The position numbers and the translations under genes were made by a program. DNA of 47,132 bases from NCBI GenBank assembly GCA_043820105.1, contig JBDREC010000068.1, positions 1 through 47,132 on the forward strand. Direction: 5' to 3'. The first letter of the stretch is position 1, and every line of letters starts with the position of its first letter. This document shows, piece by piece, positions 26,687 through 38,300 of this stretch. The DNA comes from Pseudomonadota bacterium (GTDB lineage: Bacteria > Bdellovibrionota_F > JAHFAK01 > JBDREC01). The notes beneath the pieces were generated by a model, which did not search any database, was not told the origin of the DNA, and saw only the letters and a program-made list of their open reading frames with translations.

Positions 26687-29572
26687 TTAATAAGATTCTT
26701 CAAATTCATTCATGCGGCCAAAGTAATCTAGACTTAAAACGCTTGAAGCGTCCATTGAAAAGTTTCTTACATAACCATTAGGTGGATTCCATAGCATAAT
26801 GTCTTCATAGGTATCATTATTAAAATCACCATGACTGAAGATCATGCTATCATCATCTAAAAACTTAAAAGTAAGGCTTGTTCTGACTCTTGTTATACCA
26901 TCCATTTCCCACAACTTTAATAAGTTTGTATATCTGCTTCTATAAAGCAGGTCATTGGTGCCATTGCCTTCTGTGTCTAAAATATCCACAAGTTCCCATT
27001 CGTAAGCATCTTCAGTTCCAAGATGTAGTTTTCCGGTAATAGAACAGCCACTCATCATCCAAATATGCACTTCTCCATAGCTTATTGTAAATTTATTTCC
27101 GAGTTGCCTTGTAATTAAATCTGTTTTTCCATCACCTGTAAAATCAGCGAGACCTGATAATTCATGATATGCACTGATTGCTGGATTAACATCTTTTTGA
27201 TAAACATATGAATCTGACATATTTAGCCAACCATAAAATTTATTGCTTGCTTCTTCAATAAATAAAACATCGCATCTTCCATCACCATTAAAGTCACCAA
27301 TACCCTGTAGAGTATAATCTACAGTGCTGTACATCTCAACCCATTCTTCATCTGTTGTGCTTGTGCCATCAATAATTGTCACAAGAATATCTGCAACCGT
27401 TGGATCAACAGTGTCTACTGCATTCCAGTAAATATCATCATATCCATTATTATCATAATCAGCTATCCCAATAAATTCAGTAGTTGCTTCATATCCATAG
27501 TCAAGTTCTACAACTGTATTGCTTATGCCATCCATCAGCCAAATTTCCATTGGTAAACACTCTGGGCATGATGAGTCATAATCTGGATCAGAAGAATCAA
27601 GTGGCGTAATTTTTCTCCATAGAATATCGGTTTTTCCATCATTATTAAAATCACCAAAGCCTTCAAGGTTATAGTCAAGATCTTGTACAGGGTCATTTAG
27701 CCATGAACTTGAACTTTTATTTCCAGCTTCCATTAAAACAATTCTAACTTCGCCGGTGTCAGTATCAAATAATATTAAGTCAGTATCTCCATCTCCATCA
27801 AAGTCATGATTTTGTTTGAGACCATTAAAATAAACAGTTTCTTCATCACCATCACCAAATATTAGATAGATTTTGCTTTTGCTTGAGCTGCTTGATGCAG
27901 TATTTGGAGCTATAATTGCAAAATCGTTATAACCATCGAAATCAATGTCATTTAATGAAACAACATTAGTACCAGTATAGTCATTTGCATTTTTGCCTAC
28001 AAATTTAGCTGCATCAAAAGTAATGTTATAATAAGTAAGGTCATAAAAACCTGATAAATCTTCACTACCATAAATTAAATAAGCAGCCCCAGCATCTAAG
28101 GCACCATCATCATCTTTTCTAGCGCCAATTAATACATCATCATAACCATCACCATTGACATCTCCGGCTCCTGCTACTGAATATCCAGCTTGATCATTAT
28201 TACTTTCACCATTAAATTTAATGGCGTCATTTGGTAATGTGCTTACGTCATTAAGTTCATAGCCGCTAGAATATCTTGTTGCTGAACCTTTAATAATAAA
28301 AACTGTTCCAGGTGTACCCGATGAAAGACCTGAACTATCTGATTCATCTGAATATACACCAATAATAATTTCATCATATGTGTCATTGTCAATGTCTCCA
28401 GCTGTATCAAAAGCATAACCAGCATTATCATCTTTATCATCAGCATAAAAAATAGCTCCAGCGAAATCAGCACTTGAGCTAATGATATCTGTAAGGCTTA
28501 TTGGGCTTGTCATAGTGCATATTGCTGAGTTATTTCCATAAACCAAATAAACAGCTCCGCTTGCAGCTGTAGCTGTGCTTGCCTGGTAATAGGTTGCTCC
28601 TATCAAAAAGTCAGCGAATCCATCACCATCAACATCTCCAGCGTTTCTAACTCTATAAAGATGGTCTCCTGCGTTTTCTGCTGTAAATTGAACCCCAGCT
28701 GTGCTAGCTGTTGGAGTGATAGTTGATAAAGCATTATTTGTGGAAGTATAATATGTATCAAGGTTTGCATTCCCATATAATAAATAAACTGAACCAGCAC
28801 TTGATCCAGCAGTCGAATCTTGTTCAACGCCAATTAATAAATCATCGATTCCATCTGCGTTTACATCTCCTGCGTTAGCTACTGTTCCTGCATTAAAGGA
28901 ATTTCCATCACCATAGTATTTTACACCATGTAAACTGGTTGATCCTGAATAATCAAGGTCTGTGGCTAGGTCATATGTTCCTGCTAATTCAGTTGAACTA
29001 CCCCATATAATATAAATTGCACCAGTATCATTAGTTCCACCGTGATCATTATTAATTGCACCCATAATAATATCATCATATCCATCATTATTAATATCAA
29101 TTGAAGTTACATAGGCTCCAAGTTTATCTGTTCGACTTGAAGATGTTGAAGATTCAGAATCAAAAATTGCATCTGAATCTCTTAAGTTAGTAATTGTAAC
29201 TGGTCCATAATTTAAATAAACTCTTCCATCAAAAATTGTTGAGCTCCCACCTGCATTATAACATTTATCACCATTTAAATAGTCTTGGGCTCCATCACCA
29301 TTGAAATCACCTGTTGCTAGGGGTCTGCCATCTACAGTACATCCAGAACTATAATCATATTTAATTAAAGTTCCTTCAATTGTTGTTCCAACATTTGAAA
29401 GATCCTGGTTATCAACAATTGTATCCATCTTTATTTTTGACAGATCATTTGCAGATTCATTAATAAAATTGTCACTTGCCTCGTTTCCACTTTCACAAGC
29501 AGTCATAAAAGCTAAGAGAACAAGTAAAAGAAAAATATTCTGAAAATAATTTAAATTGAAAAATTTGTGCAT
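26687..29572 (-). CDS. Lipoprotein with integrin-alpha-like FG-GAP repeats and a second FG-GAP/VCBS repeat domain
   Basis: Lipobox-like AFMTAC; repeated AGDVNGDGYDDVLIGA..GAAYLIYG; second set GDFNNDGKTDILWR. Confidence 0.88.
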   Translation of the reverse strand: MHKFFNLNYFQNIFLLLVLLAFMTACESGNEASDNFINESANDLSKIKMDTIVDNQDLSNVGTTIEGTLIKYDYSSGCTVDGRPLATGDFNGDGAQDYLNGDKCYNAGGSSTIFDGRVYLNYGPVTITNLRDSDAIFDSESSTSSSRTDKLGAYVTSIDINNDGYDDIIMGAINNDHGGTNDTGAIYIIWGSSTELAGTYDLATDLDYSGSTSLHGVKYYGDGNSFNAGTVANAGDVNADGIDDLLIGVEQDSTAGSSAGSVYLLYGNANLDTYYTSTNNALSTITPTASTAGVQFTAENAGDHLYRVRNAGDVDGDGFADFLIGATYYQASTATAASGAVYLVYGNNSAICTMTSPISLTDIISSSADFAGAIFYADDKDDNAGYAFDTAGDIDNDTYDEIIIGVYSDESDSSGLSSGTPGTVFIIKGSATRYSSGYELNDVSTLPNDAIKFNGESNNDQAGYSVAGAGDVNGDGYDDVLIGARKDDDGALDAGAAYLIYGSEDLSGFYDLTYYNITFDAAKFVGKNANDYTGTNVVSLNDIDFDGYNDFAIIAPNTASSSSSKSKIYLIFGDGDEETVYFNGLKQNHDFDGDGDTDLILFDTDTGEVRIVLMEAGNKSSSSWLNDPVQDLDYNLEGFGDFNNDGKTDILWRKITPLDSSDPDYDSSCPECLPMEIWLMDGISNTVVELDYGYEATTEFIGIADYDNNGYDDIYWNAVDTVDPTVADILVTIIDGTSTTDEEWVEMYSTVDYTLQGIGDFNGDGRCDVLFIEEASNKFYGWLNMSDSYVYQKDVNPAISAYHELSGLADFTGDGKTDLITRQLGNKFTISYGEVHIWMMSGCSITGKLHLGTEDAYEWELVDILDTEGNGTNDLLYRSRYTNLLKLWEMDGITRVRTSLTFKFLDDDSMIFSHGDFNNDTYEDIMLWNPPNGYVRNFSMDASSVLSLDYFGRMNEFEESY

Positions 29573-29930
29573 AAATACCCCTTTTGCTGCATTGTTAAAT
29601 TAGTTTTGTCTTAAATATGCTGTAAAAGGATATTGTAAAAATAAATGTTTTATTTAATGCCTAATATGAAAAATAAGGCACTTGTAAAAAAACAGCCATC
29701 ATCGATATTATTTAATAATCCCATTCCTAAAATTTGTGACTCTACGCATATGACGCACAAAGACGTTAGTCAAGCTTGAATTGATATGCAGAGTAAATAA
29801 AAGTCTATTTGCGCCTCCTTTTAGAAATCGTCTTAATCCTAATTGTAATCATAGTCATTATTATCGAAAGAATTTGACATTATGCGCTAGTTTCTGTAGG
29901 GTTTTTCTACTTATTCGTTATAGGGCATTT

Positions 29931-30980
29931 ATGAATCATTCTAAAAATAACGTTCTAATTTTATCTTTTTTAACAATGTTTCTATGTTTTGTATTTTCTT
30001 TTAGGAGTATTCACCCCTGCATAAATCTATTTGATCCTAGTAATCCTAATGTTAAAGAAAAACATTTATTTGAAAAAGATGATTTCCTTGTAATTGATAC
30101 ATTTTCCAGGCCCCATGATCAAAGAGTTTCGAATATAGTTGATAGGAGCTATGAATATGGCTTAAAGATTTCAGAATTGTTCGGGGGTTTTTATTCAAAG
30201 CTAACTTTGATGTTTCTTGACCCATTTGTCTGGGATTTAAAATTTGCTTTAAAAATTCCCTTTGGCTTGCTTCATTATCAGCCAAATAATAAAACAATAA
30301 GTGTTCCTTTTGGTTTTTATAAGGATTTTTATTATGATGTTATATTAAAAATAGTTAAGGATAGATTGAGTGCTGAAAAGCTTTTCAAGCTTGGTTTAGC
30401 TTTTAATCTTGCAAAAAAAGAATCATTATCAGAATTCATTAATTCTATACCAGAGCACCTTGCTGAGGCTCATTATATTTCAAGAAATATAATTGCACAT
30501 GAAATAGGGCATCACTTTATTAATATGAGTGGACTAAAAGATAAAATATCTGAAACAGTAAACGAAATATTAGCTTCTTTGATTAAAGAAAGCGTTAGAG
30601 GCGATTATGAAAAAGAAAAGTATACAGGAATTGATGTTCTAATGCGTTTTGCAAAAGAAGAATATGAGGAAGAATATGAATTTGATAGACAAGCAGTCAT
30701 TCAGGATCCATATCGCCTTTCTTTAATAGATGGTGAAATGAATCGTTGGTTGCGTGAATATGCTTGGTATACAAGCGTTCATGAAAATGAAATAGCAAAA
30801 GTTTATTCTCAGAAACCTGGATTTACAAAAAAACTCATTCAAAGGCTTGTAAATGAAAGAGAAGCTATTTCAAACAAAAGATTTGTGGAAATATTTGTTG
30901 AAGTTTCAGGTGAAAACTTTGAGAATATTGTCAATCAAGATGTAAATATTACATTATGCTCATTACATAATGAAAATTGA
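29931..30980 (+). CDS. Hypothetical secreted protein with HExxH zincin-like motif
   Basis: Hydrophobic N-terminus; IAHEIGHHF..NEILA; probable start ATG 29931. Confidence 0.6.
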   Translation: MNHSKNNVLILSFLTMFLCFVFSFRSIHPCINLFDPSNPNVKEKHLFEKDDFLVIDTFSRPHDQRVSNIVDRSYEYGLKISELFGGFYSKLTLMFLDPFVWDLKFALKIPFGLLHYQPNNKTISVPFGFYKDFYYDVILKIVKDRLSAEKLFKLGLAFNLAKKESLSEFINSIPEHLAEAHYISRNIIAHEIGHHFINMSGLKDKISETVNEILASLIKESVRGDYEKEKYTGIDVLMRFAKEEYEEEYEFDRQAVIQDPYRLSLIDGEMNRWLREYAWYTSVHENEIAKVYSQKPGFTKKLIQRLVNEREAISNKRFVEIFVEVSGENFENIVNQDVNITLCSLHNEN

Positions 30981-31131
30981 ATGAATAATAATTTTTATAA
31001 ATTAACAATGGACACTGTCTTTTTCAAAAAAGTCTAATTTTCACACCACTATCTGAAAAATAATTAAATGTTATAAGATGTAAAAGACTGAAAAATCAGT
31101 ATGTTACTTGTTTGTATCATTGCATAATAAA

Positions 31132-31148
31132 CTGGCATGATAATTGTA
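31132..31148 (+). promoter_or_regulatory. Possible sigma-54 promoter (variant -12)
   Basis: CTGGCATGATAATTGTA gives GG-N10-GT. Confidence 0.45.
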
Positions 31149-31206
31149 ATATCCATGGCAAAGATTAATTGAGACTTAATTTATTGATTTCGCTTTGAGG
31201 CATATT

Positions 31207-31377
31207 ATGATTTTTAAAAGATATTTACTGCTATTTTTTTCTTTTCTTTTTTCTATGTCCATTCTCTACGCAAATGACAACTTAATAAAAGATTTTCAGT
31301 GGCATGATATTACAAATGAATCGCCCCAATGTATTCTTTGTGTCTCTGTGGCTAAAAGTGCTTGTTCAAGAAATTAA
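31207..31377 (+). pseudogene. Short signal-peptide ORF, probably a truncated secreted-protein gene
   Basis: GAGG RBS; MIFKRYLLLFFSFLFSMSILYA signal peptide then only about 34 aa; overlaps the stop of the convergent gene. Confidence 0.4.
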
Positions 31378-32556
31378 ACGGCATAGCAAAGCAGCAAGAT
31401 AAGCCGCTGGCGTGCCAATAGCATAGCCTACCATTGCCATTAGTATTGAGACTGGAACAAGTGCTGGTTTGTGATAAGCAGCTACAATTGGAGCTGAAGC
31501 GGCTCCACCGATATTTGCAGCTGAGGCAATAGCTGCGGTATGAATATCAACCTTAAAAAATTTAGCAGCAAGAATTAAACAAACCCCATGTATAAATATC
31601 CATAAATAAGCAGCAGATAAAAACCATACAACTGATGTGCTTATATTTGATAAATCAGCTTTTGCACCCATTCGCGCAACAAAAAGATAAATTAAGGCCA
31701 TTGCAAGCGCATGCGAACCCGGGATTTTCGAAGCCTTTGTAAAAGATAAACAGATACCAATTATAGTTACAATTAATATTTTATAAGTGCTTTTTGTAAG
31801 CCATGGGTCTGCTGAGCCTAGGGGTAATGTCGGCATCATTCCTGATATCCAAATGGCAAAAGTAGTAATAGAAAAACCAAAGAATATTAGATAAAGAATA
31901 TGTCTCATTTCCATCTTACCTTTATCTATTAATAGCTCTTTTGCTGCTTTTTCCATTTTCGCAATTCTATCATCAGAGACATTGACAAATTTATTAAACC
32001 ATTTTGCTAGGTTTTTCGAACCGAGCATTATTGGAAGCCAAACAAGATAAACAGCATTATCTGCTATTACAGCGTAACCATAGTTTATAGAATGTTCATC
32101 AAGTTCAACCATTTGAGCAACAGCCAGCATGTTTCCTGTTCCACCAATCCAGGAACCAGCTAAAGCTCCAAAGCCCTGCCAGGCACCAGCATCAAGACCG
32201 GATTTAAAAATAAAATAAGCTATTGGTGCTCCAATTACAACACCGGCAGTCCCAACAAGCATAACAAATATACCTTTTCCCATTACTCTAACTGTTGCAA
32301 ACAAATCAACTTCCAAAAGCAAGATCACAAGAAAAACTGGCAAAACATTTGCTCCCATAAAGTCATAAACAGGAGATTTTGTGGGAATGATGCCAGTGTT
32401 TGATAAAATAACTGGAGTTAAATAAATAAAAATTAATGGAGGAAAAAAATTGAAGATTTTCCAATTAGTTTTCTTTTCAAGATAAAAGAAAAAAGATGTT
32501 ACAGCTGCTAATGTAGCTAGGACACCAGCGCTTGATGATATTAAGGTTTCATTCAT
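31366..32556 (-). CDS. DUF819-family membrane protein
   Basis: LAGSWIGGTGNM, ASAANIGGAASAP; many TM helices. Confidence 0.85.
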   Translation of the reverse strand: MNETLISSSAGVLATLAAVTSFFFYLEKKTNWKIFNFFPPLIFIYLTPVILSNTGIIPTKSPVYDFMGANVLPVFLVILLLEVDLFATVRVMGKGIFVMLVGTAGVVIGAPIAYFIFKSGLDAGAWQGFGALAGSWIGGTGNMLAVAQMVELDEHSINYGYAVIADNAVYLVWLPIMLGSKNLAKWFNKFVNVSDDRIAKMEKAAKELLIDKGKMEMRHILYLIFFGFSITTFAIWISGMMPTLPLGSADPWLTKSTYKILIVTIIGICLSFTKASKIPGSHALAMALIYLFVARMGAKADLSNISTSVVWFLSAAYLWIFIHGVCLILAAKFFKVDIHTAAIASAANIGGAASAPIVAAYHKPALVPVSILMAMVGYAIGTPAAYLAALLCRLIS

Positions 32557-32852
32557 ATTATCTACCCTTTAATTGAGTTAGTAAATTAGGTTTGTTATCC
32601 CTTACCATCTCATGCTTAAGTACTATAAGGAAATGAAGATAAAAAGCAAGAGTAATTTAGTTTTTAGATTATATTTTAATGCATATATAGGGAAGAGTTG
32701 ACAATATGAGAAGAATAGACTAATAGCCCATTTGAATTTATTTTTCATTAAAATATAAGGACAAGATACTATACTTCTTTAATCTTACCTGAAGTTTTAA
32801 AATCTAACTTTATGTTTTAGATAATTTTTAGTTTAAATTGGAGAATAGTAAA

Positions 32853-34628
32853 ATGGAAAGAAAAGACCTTCGCAATATTGCAATCATTGCACATGTTGAT
32901 CACGGAAAAACAACACTTGTAGATGCTATGTTAAAACAGGCAGGAAGCTTCAGAAAAGACGCTGAATTTAAAGAACGTATTATGGACAATATAGATCTTG
33001 AGCAGGAAAAAGGTATTACGATAATGGCAAAAAATACGGCTGTTAATTATGGTAATATAAAAATAAATATTGTTGATACTCCTGGGCATGCTGACTTTGG
33101 TGGGGAAGTAGAAAGAACCATGAAAATGGTTGATGCTGTTTTATTGTTAGTTGATGCTTCAGAAGGACCTTTGCCTCAGACGCGCTTTGTTTTAAAAAAA
33201 TCATTACAATTGAACCTTCCAACTCTTCTTGTTATAAATAAAATTGATAGACCTGATGCAAGAATTGATGAGGTCATTGATGAAGTATATGATCTCTTTA
33301 TTGATCTTGGGGCAAGTGAAGATCAGCTTGATTTTCCAATTGTTTATACAAATGCAAAAGCAGGGACAGCTACTCTTGATTTGAAAGAACCCAAAACTAA
33401 CCTAACAGATCTTTTTGATCTGATATTAAATCATGTTCCAATGCCAATTGGTGATGAAAATGATTCTCTTCAGCTTCTTGTTACAAACATCGATTATAAT
33501 GATTATGTCGGAAGACTTGCTATTGGAAAAATCTTTTCAGGTAAAATTAAAGTAGCTGATCATGTAGCTAGAATAGATGCAAATAATAATTTAATAAAAA
33601 CAAAGATTACAAATATGTACACCTTTCATGAACTTGAAAGAAAACCAATTCAAGCAGCAAGTGTTGGTGACATTGTTTCTCTTTCAGGGATTGAAGGTAT
33701 AAATATTGGTGATACAATCACTGATCTTGAAAATCCAAAACCGCTTCCAAGAATCACAATTGACCAGCCAACCATATCAATGGTTTTTTATGTTAATTCA
33801 TCACCATTTGCAGGAACAGAGGGCAGATGGATTACATCAAGAAAAATTAGAGAACGTCTAGAAAAGGAATTGCTTTATAATGTTTCAATAAAAGTAGATT
33901 TTTCTTTGGCTGACCAGTTTAAGGTAAGTGGAAGAGGGGAATTGCAACTCGCAATTTTAATTGAAACTATGAGGCGAGAAGGTTATGAGCTTTCTGTTTC
34001 TATGCCAAGAACTATTACAAAAACTATTGATGGTAAAGTGCATGAGCCAATGGAACATTTGGTGATTGATGTGGCTGATGATTATGTTGGAGTTGTTTCA
34101 GTGCAAATTGGAGCAAGAAAAGGAAAAATGTGTAATATGACAAACCATGGTCTTGGAAGAGTTCGCCTTGAATTTAAAATTCCCTCCAGAGGGCTTATTG
34201 GTTACAGATCATCATTTTTATCTTCTACAAGAGGAACAGGTCTTTTAAATCACTATTTTGATGGCTATGAACCCTGGCATGGTGATATGACAAAGAGAAA
34301 AACAGGAGCCTTGATCTCAGATAGAAAAGGCAAAACAACAACTTTTGCAATTTTTCATCTGCAACCAAGAGGAAACTTATTTGTCAAAGAGGGCACTGAA
34401 GTATATAAAGGAATGATCATAGGAGAAAATTCCAAAGATAAAGATTTGCATGTAAATATTACAAAGGAAAAGAAACTGACAAACATAAGAGCCTCAGGCT
34501 CTGATGATGCCTTGGTTTTAGTTCCTGTTAAAGAAAAAAGCCTTGAAGAAGCTCTCGAATTTATTAAAGAAGATGAGCTATGTGAAATTACCCCCAAATC
34601 GGTTCGGATTAGGAAGATGACGATTTAG
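32853..34628 (+). CDS. typA: Translational GTPase TypA/BipA
   Basis: [65 protein letters not shown]. Confidence 0.97.
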   Translation: MERKDLRNIAIIAHVDHGKTTLVDAMLKQAGSFRKDAEFKERIMDNIDLEQEKGITIMAKNTAVNYGNIKINIVDTPGHADFGGEVERTMKMVDAVLLLVDASEGPLPQTRFVLKKSLQLNLPTLLVINKIDRPDARIDEVIDEVYDLFIDLGASEDQLDFPIVYTNAKAGTATLDLKEPKTNLTDLFDLILNHVPMPIGDENDSLQLLVTNIDYNDYVGRLAIGKIFSGKIKVADHVARIDANNNLIKTKITNMYTFHELERKPIQAASVGDIVSLSGIEGINIGDTITDLENPKPLPRITIDQPTISMVFYVNSSPFAGTEGRWITSRKIRERLEKELLYNVSIKVDFSLADQFKVSGRGELQLAILIETMRREGYELSVSMPRTITKTIDGKVHEPMEHLVIDVADDYVGVVSVQIGARKGKMCNMTNHGLGRVRLEFKIPSRGLIGYRSSFLSSTRGTGLLNHYFDGYEPWHGDMTKRKTGALISDRKGKTTTFAIFHLQPRGNLFVKEGTEVYKGMIIGENSKDKDLHVNITKEKKLTNIRASGSDDALVLVPVKEKSLEEALEFIKEDELCEITPKSVRIRKMTI

Positions 34629-34655
34629 TTTTTATCAAGTTTTTAGTTTGGAGAT

Positions 34656-35363
34656 ATGATGAAAATGAAATATTATATATTAATAATTTTAGCTAGCCTT
34701 TTGCTTTGTACAGAAACTTTTACTAAAGTAACACATATTGTTAATCTTGAAAAAAAAGTTGCTAGCACAAATGATATTATATCAATAAAGGATGATTATT
34801 TAAAACTTGCTGAGCATTATTTATTTGAGGGACAAATTGATAAAGGGCTTGAAATGCTCAAAAAACTTTTATCAAAATATCCAAAAATCAAAGGTCACAG
34901 TGAGATAAGAAAACTTTTCAATAGATTTGATTTGCAAAAGCCAAATAAAAAAGCGCCAATGTTTTCCCAAAAAACAATTGATAAAAGTAAAACTGTTAAA
35001 TTGTCTGATTTTAAGGGCAAGCTTGTGCTAATTGATTTTTGGGCAACTTGGTGCCTTACTTGCATGTCTGAAATTGAAAAAAAAAAGGTTCTTTTTAAAA
35101 AATATGAAAAAAATAAAGACTTTGTTTATATTGGTGTTTGTTTAAATAAAGAAAAAAACATTGAATACGCCATGAAGCTGATTAAGGATAAACAGATACC
35201 TTGGCTAAATATACATTACCAAAGAGGAGATAGCTCAAAAATTGCTGTTGATTATGGAATAACACAACTTCCATGGAAATATTTGATTGATAAAAATGGC
35301 ATAATTATAAAGTCCAAAATTAAACTAAAAGACCTTGATCAGTTAATTGGAAAAAATATTTAA
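34656..35363 (+). CDS. TlpA-family thiol-disulfide oxidoreductase, secreted
   Basis: LSDFKGKLVLIDFWATWCLTC, YGITQLP..LIDKNG; signal peptide. Confidence 0.88.
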   Translation: MMKMKYYILIILASLLLCTETFTKVTHIVNLEKKVASTNDIISIKDDYLKLAEHYLFEGQIDKGLEMLKKLLSKYPKIKGHSEIRKLFNRFDLQKPNKKAPMFSQKTIDKSKTVKLSDFKGKLVLIDFWATWCLTCMSEIEKKKVLFKKYEKNKDFVYIGVCLNKEKNIEYAMKLIKDKQIPWLNIHYQRGDSSKIAVDYGITQLPWKYLIDKNGIIIKSKIKLKDLDQLIGKNI

Positions 35364-35365
35364 TT

Positions 35366-38300
35366 TTATTTTCCCATCAGATAAATAATTTCATCAAAAA
35401 GCTTTGCATTTTCATTAATTTTAGCTTCACCGCCAATAGTCAAAATAAGATTTTCATTATTAATATTTTTAAAAAGACCCTTAAAGGATTTTAAATCATT
35501 AAGCTTTGTTGAGATTATTTCATCTCTATATTTTTGGTTTTCATTAAAGCTTTCACCTTTTAAATACATTGCAGTTGCTTTTCTTCCTTTTTGGGAAGGA
35601 GAGAGTGGTTGGTCTTCACTGCTTATTGTTGAAATAATGTAATTTTGAAGTTCAGTCTCAGAAAGGTCCAAAAAATTCATATAATCATCAATGCCTTTAT
35701 AAGTCTCATATGTTTTTAGTATATGTGGATCTCTATATGAAAAAAGAAAAATAACACCATTTCTGTCGTAATCAAGAACGCTTCCATAGGCCCCACCTAA
35801 AACACGAATTTTTTCATAAAGATAATCATTTTTAAGAATATTAATCAATACATCTAAATGGCCATTTGGCATAAAACCATGTTTTTTAATGTTTCCAGCT
35901 TGCATGACGTATTGAACATTACTTGGGATAATCAGGCCATAGTTTTTGGATTGACCTGTTAATGCAAGCTTTTCTTTTTTAGCTTTAATCAAAGGAAGGT
36001 CCTTTAAGACTGCTTTTATGTTTTTCTCAAAAAGAGTATAGCTTTTGTTGTCACTTGTTACACTGATTAAAAGATTGTTTTTATGGAAAATTAATTTTGA
36101 AACTTTGTTAAGCTTATTAATTACTTCATCTGCATTTTTATCATAATTTTCCAGTAAATTTTTTGCAAAAACGTAAAAACCATACAAATCATATTTATCA
36201 ACATATTTCATACCAGGACAAATGTTTCCTACAAGTTTGTTGATCCCAAAGTTTATTGCACCACGTGATATTCCGGATTCCAAACCTGAGATCTTTTCTT
36301 TTAATAATGCCTTGATTCTGGCTTTATCTTCAATTTTAGCCATTAAGGCATATTCTTTTAATAAAGCAAAAGCTTTATCTATATTTTCAATTAAGAAACT
36401 TGTTCCAAATCTAATTTTAGGTGTGAATTCTTCAATGGATTCATTTTGAGTAAATACTTTTAAATAAGAATATATGCCACCTGTGTATGTATCAGCTTTA
36501 TTATTGAAATCAATATAAGAAGAATTAATTGTGTCAATTTGGCCAAGTATACTTAAGTAAAAAATCCCATAGTGAATTAGATCCTTAGGCAAGGTGCTTG
36601 CATCTATCAAAAAATCAACATATCCAATGTTATTTGTGAAGATAGGATGAAAAAGAACTTTTGTTCCTGGAAGGTCTTTAATTTCCTGTGGAATAATTTC
36701 CGTTTCTTTATCAATGTCACTTATGCTTATTCTTGGAATTGAAGCAAGAGCTTCTGGGGAGTCTTTTGTTTCTTGATATTTTTTCAAATCACTGGTCTGC
36801 TTTTTGATTTTAGATATTTCTTCTTTATTTAAGTTTTTAAGTATTTTTTCCAGTTTGTTTTTTTCCTTTAATTCCAATTCCTCATTTAGGCCTTGTTTTG
36901 GAATTAGGCTTAATAAAACTTTCTTCTTATTTTTAATAAAATATTTTTTAATAAGTTTTTCAAAATATGCTTTTTTTGAAAGTTGTTTTATCTTGTTAAA
37001 AACCTTTTCAATTCTTAAAGTCATAAATGGGTCTTTTCCAAAAAGCCAGGTAGAAAGACAAGAATCCATATATGAAAGACCTATCTGAGTATTATCTGAT
37101 ATTTCACTTTTTTTACTAAACTGGAATGCATTGATAGCAGCATCTAGAAGTTTTTCGTCAATGCCGTTTTTATAAAGATCAGTTAAAGTGCTATTAACAA
37201 GTTTTAAAAAGAGTTCTTTATCTTCAGGATTTGCATTTTTAGACACTATAAAAAATGAAGGATTTTTAAATTCATAAAAAGCAGTTGCAAACATATCTTT
37301 TCCAATTTTAGCATCTGTAAAAGCCTTTCGAAGGGGAGAAGATTCTGAATTACAAAGGAGGTATGATAAAATTACTAAGCCATAATAATCTTCTGCGTCT
37401 AAATTATCATCAATTAAATATCCCAAAGATAAGAATGTATTATCTTTTGTGGGCATGCTTTTGTTGATTGGATAATATTCAGTGATATTTTTAAAAGAAT
37501 TATAATCAAGGTTCATTTTGATTTTCGAGTTAACTTTCTTTTTATCAAACTTGCTTAAATATAGATCATTAATAATTGATAAGTGATTCGCGATATCACC
37601 ATTTCCATACAAGAAAATATAACTATTTGAAGGATGATAGTATTTTTCGTGAAAGTTTTTGAATTCTTTGTATGAAAGATTTGGGATGTCTTTTGGAAGA
37701 CCACCTGATTCATTTGCATAAATTGTTCCAGAATATAGGTGTTTAAAATTATCTGTAAACAATTGTCTCTTTGGATCTGACATTGCTCCTTTCATTTCAT
37801 TATATACAATGCCATTATATGAAAGTTTATTGTTTTGATCATCTAGCAAATATCGCCAACCTTCTTGAAGAAAAATATTTTCATTCTCAAGAGCAAGTGG
37901 ATGAAAAACCGTATCAAGATAAACAGTCATCATATTTTTAAATTCTGTATCATTCATACTGGCGACAGGATAAGAAGTGTGGTCAGAATAGGTCATAGCA
38001 TTAATAAAGGTTGATAATGAGCCTTTTCTAAGTTCACCTGCAATCGATTTCACTGGGTACTTCTTAGATCCTCGCAGTACAGAATGCTCTAAAATGTGAG
38101 CAACACCTTTATTATTCTCAGGTAAAGTTTTAAAAGTAATAGAAAAGAACTTGTTTTTATCATCATTTGAAATATAAACAAGTCTTGCCTTGGTTTGCTT
38201 ATGTTCAAAAAGCCGCACAGTTGAATTTATATCTTTAATTTCCTCAATTATTTTAAGCTTAAAGCCATGAATAATGGCTCCTTTATCATTTATATTGATA

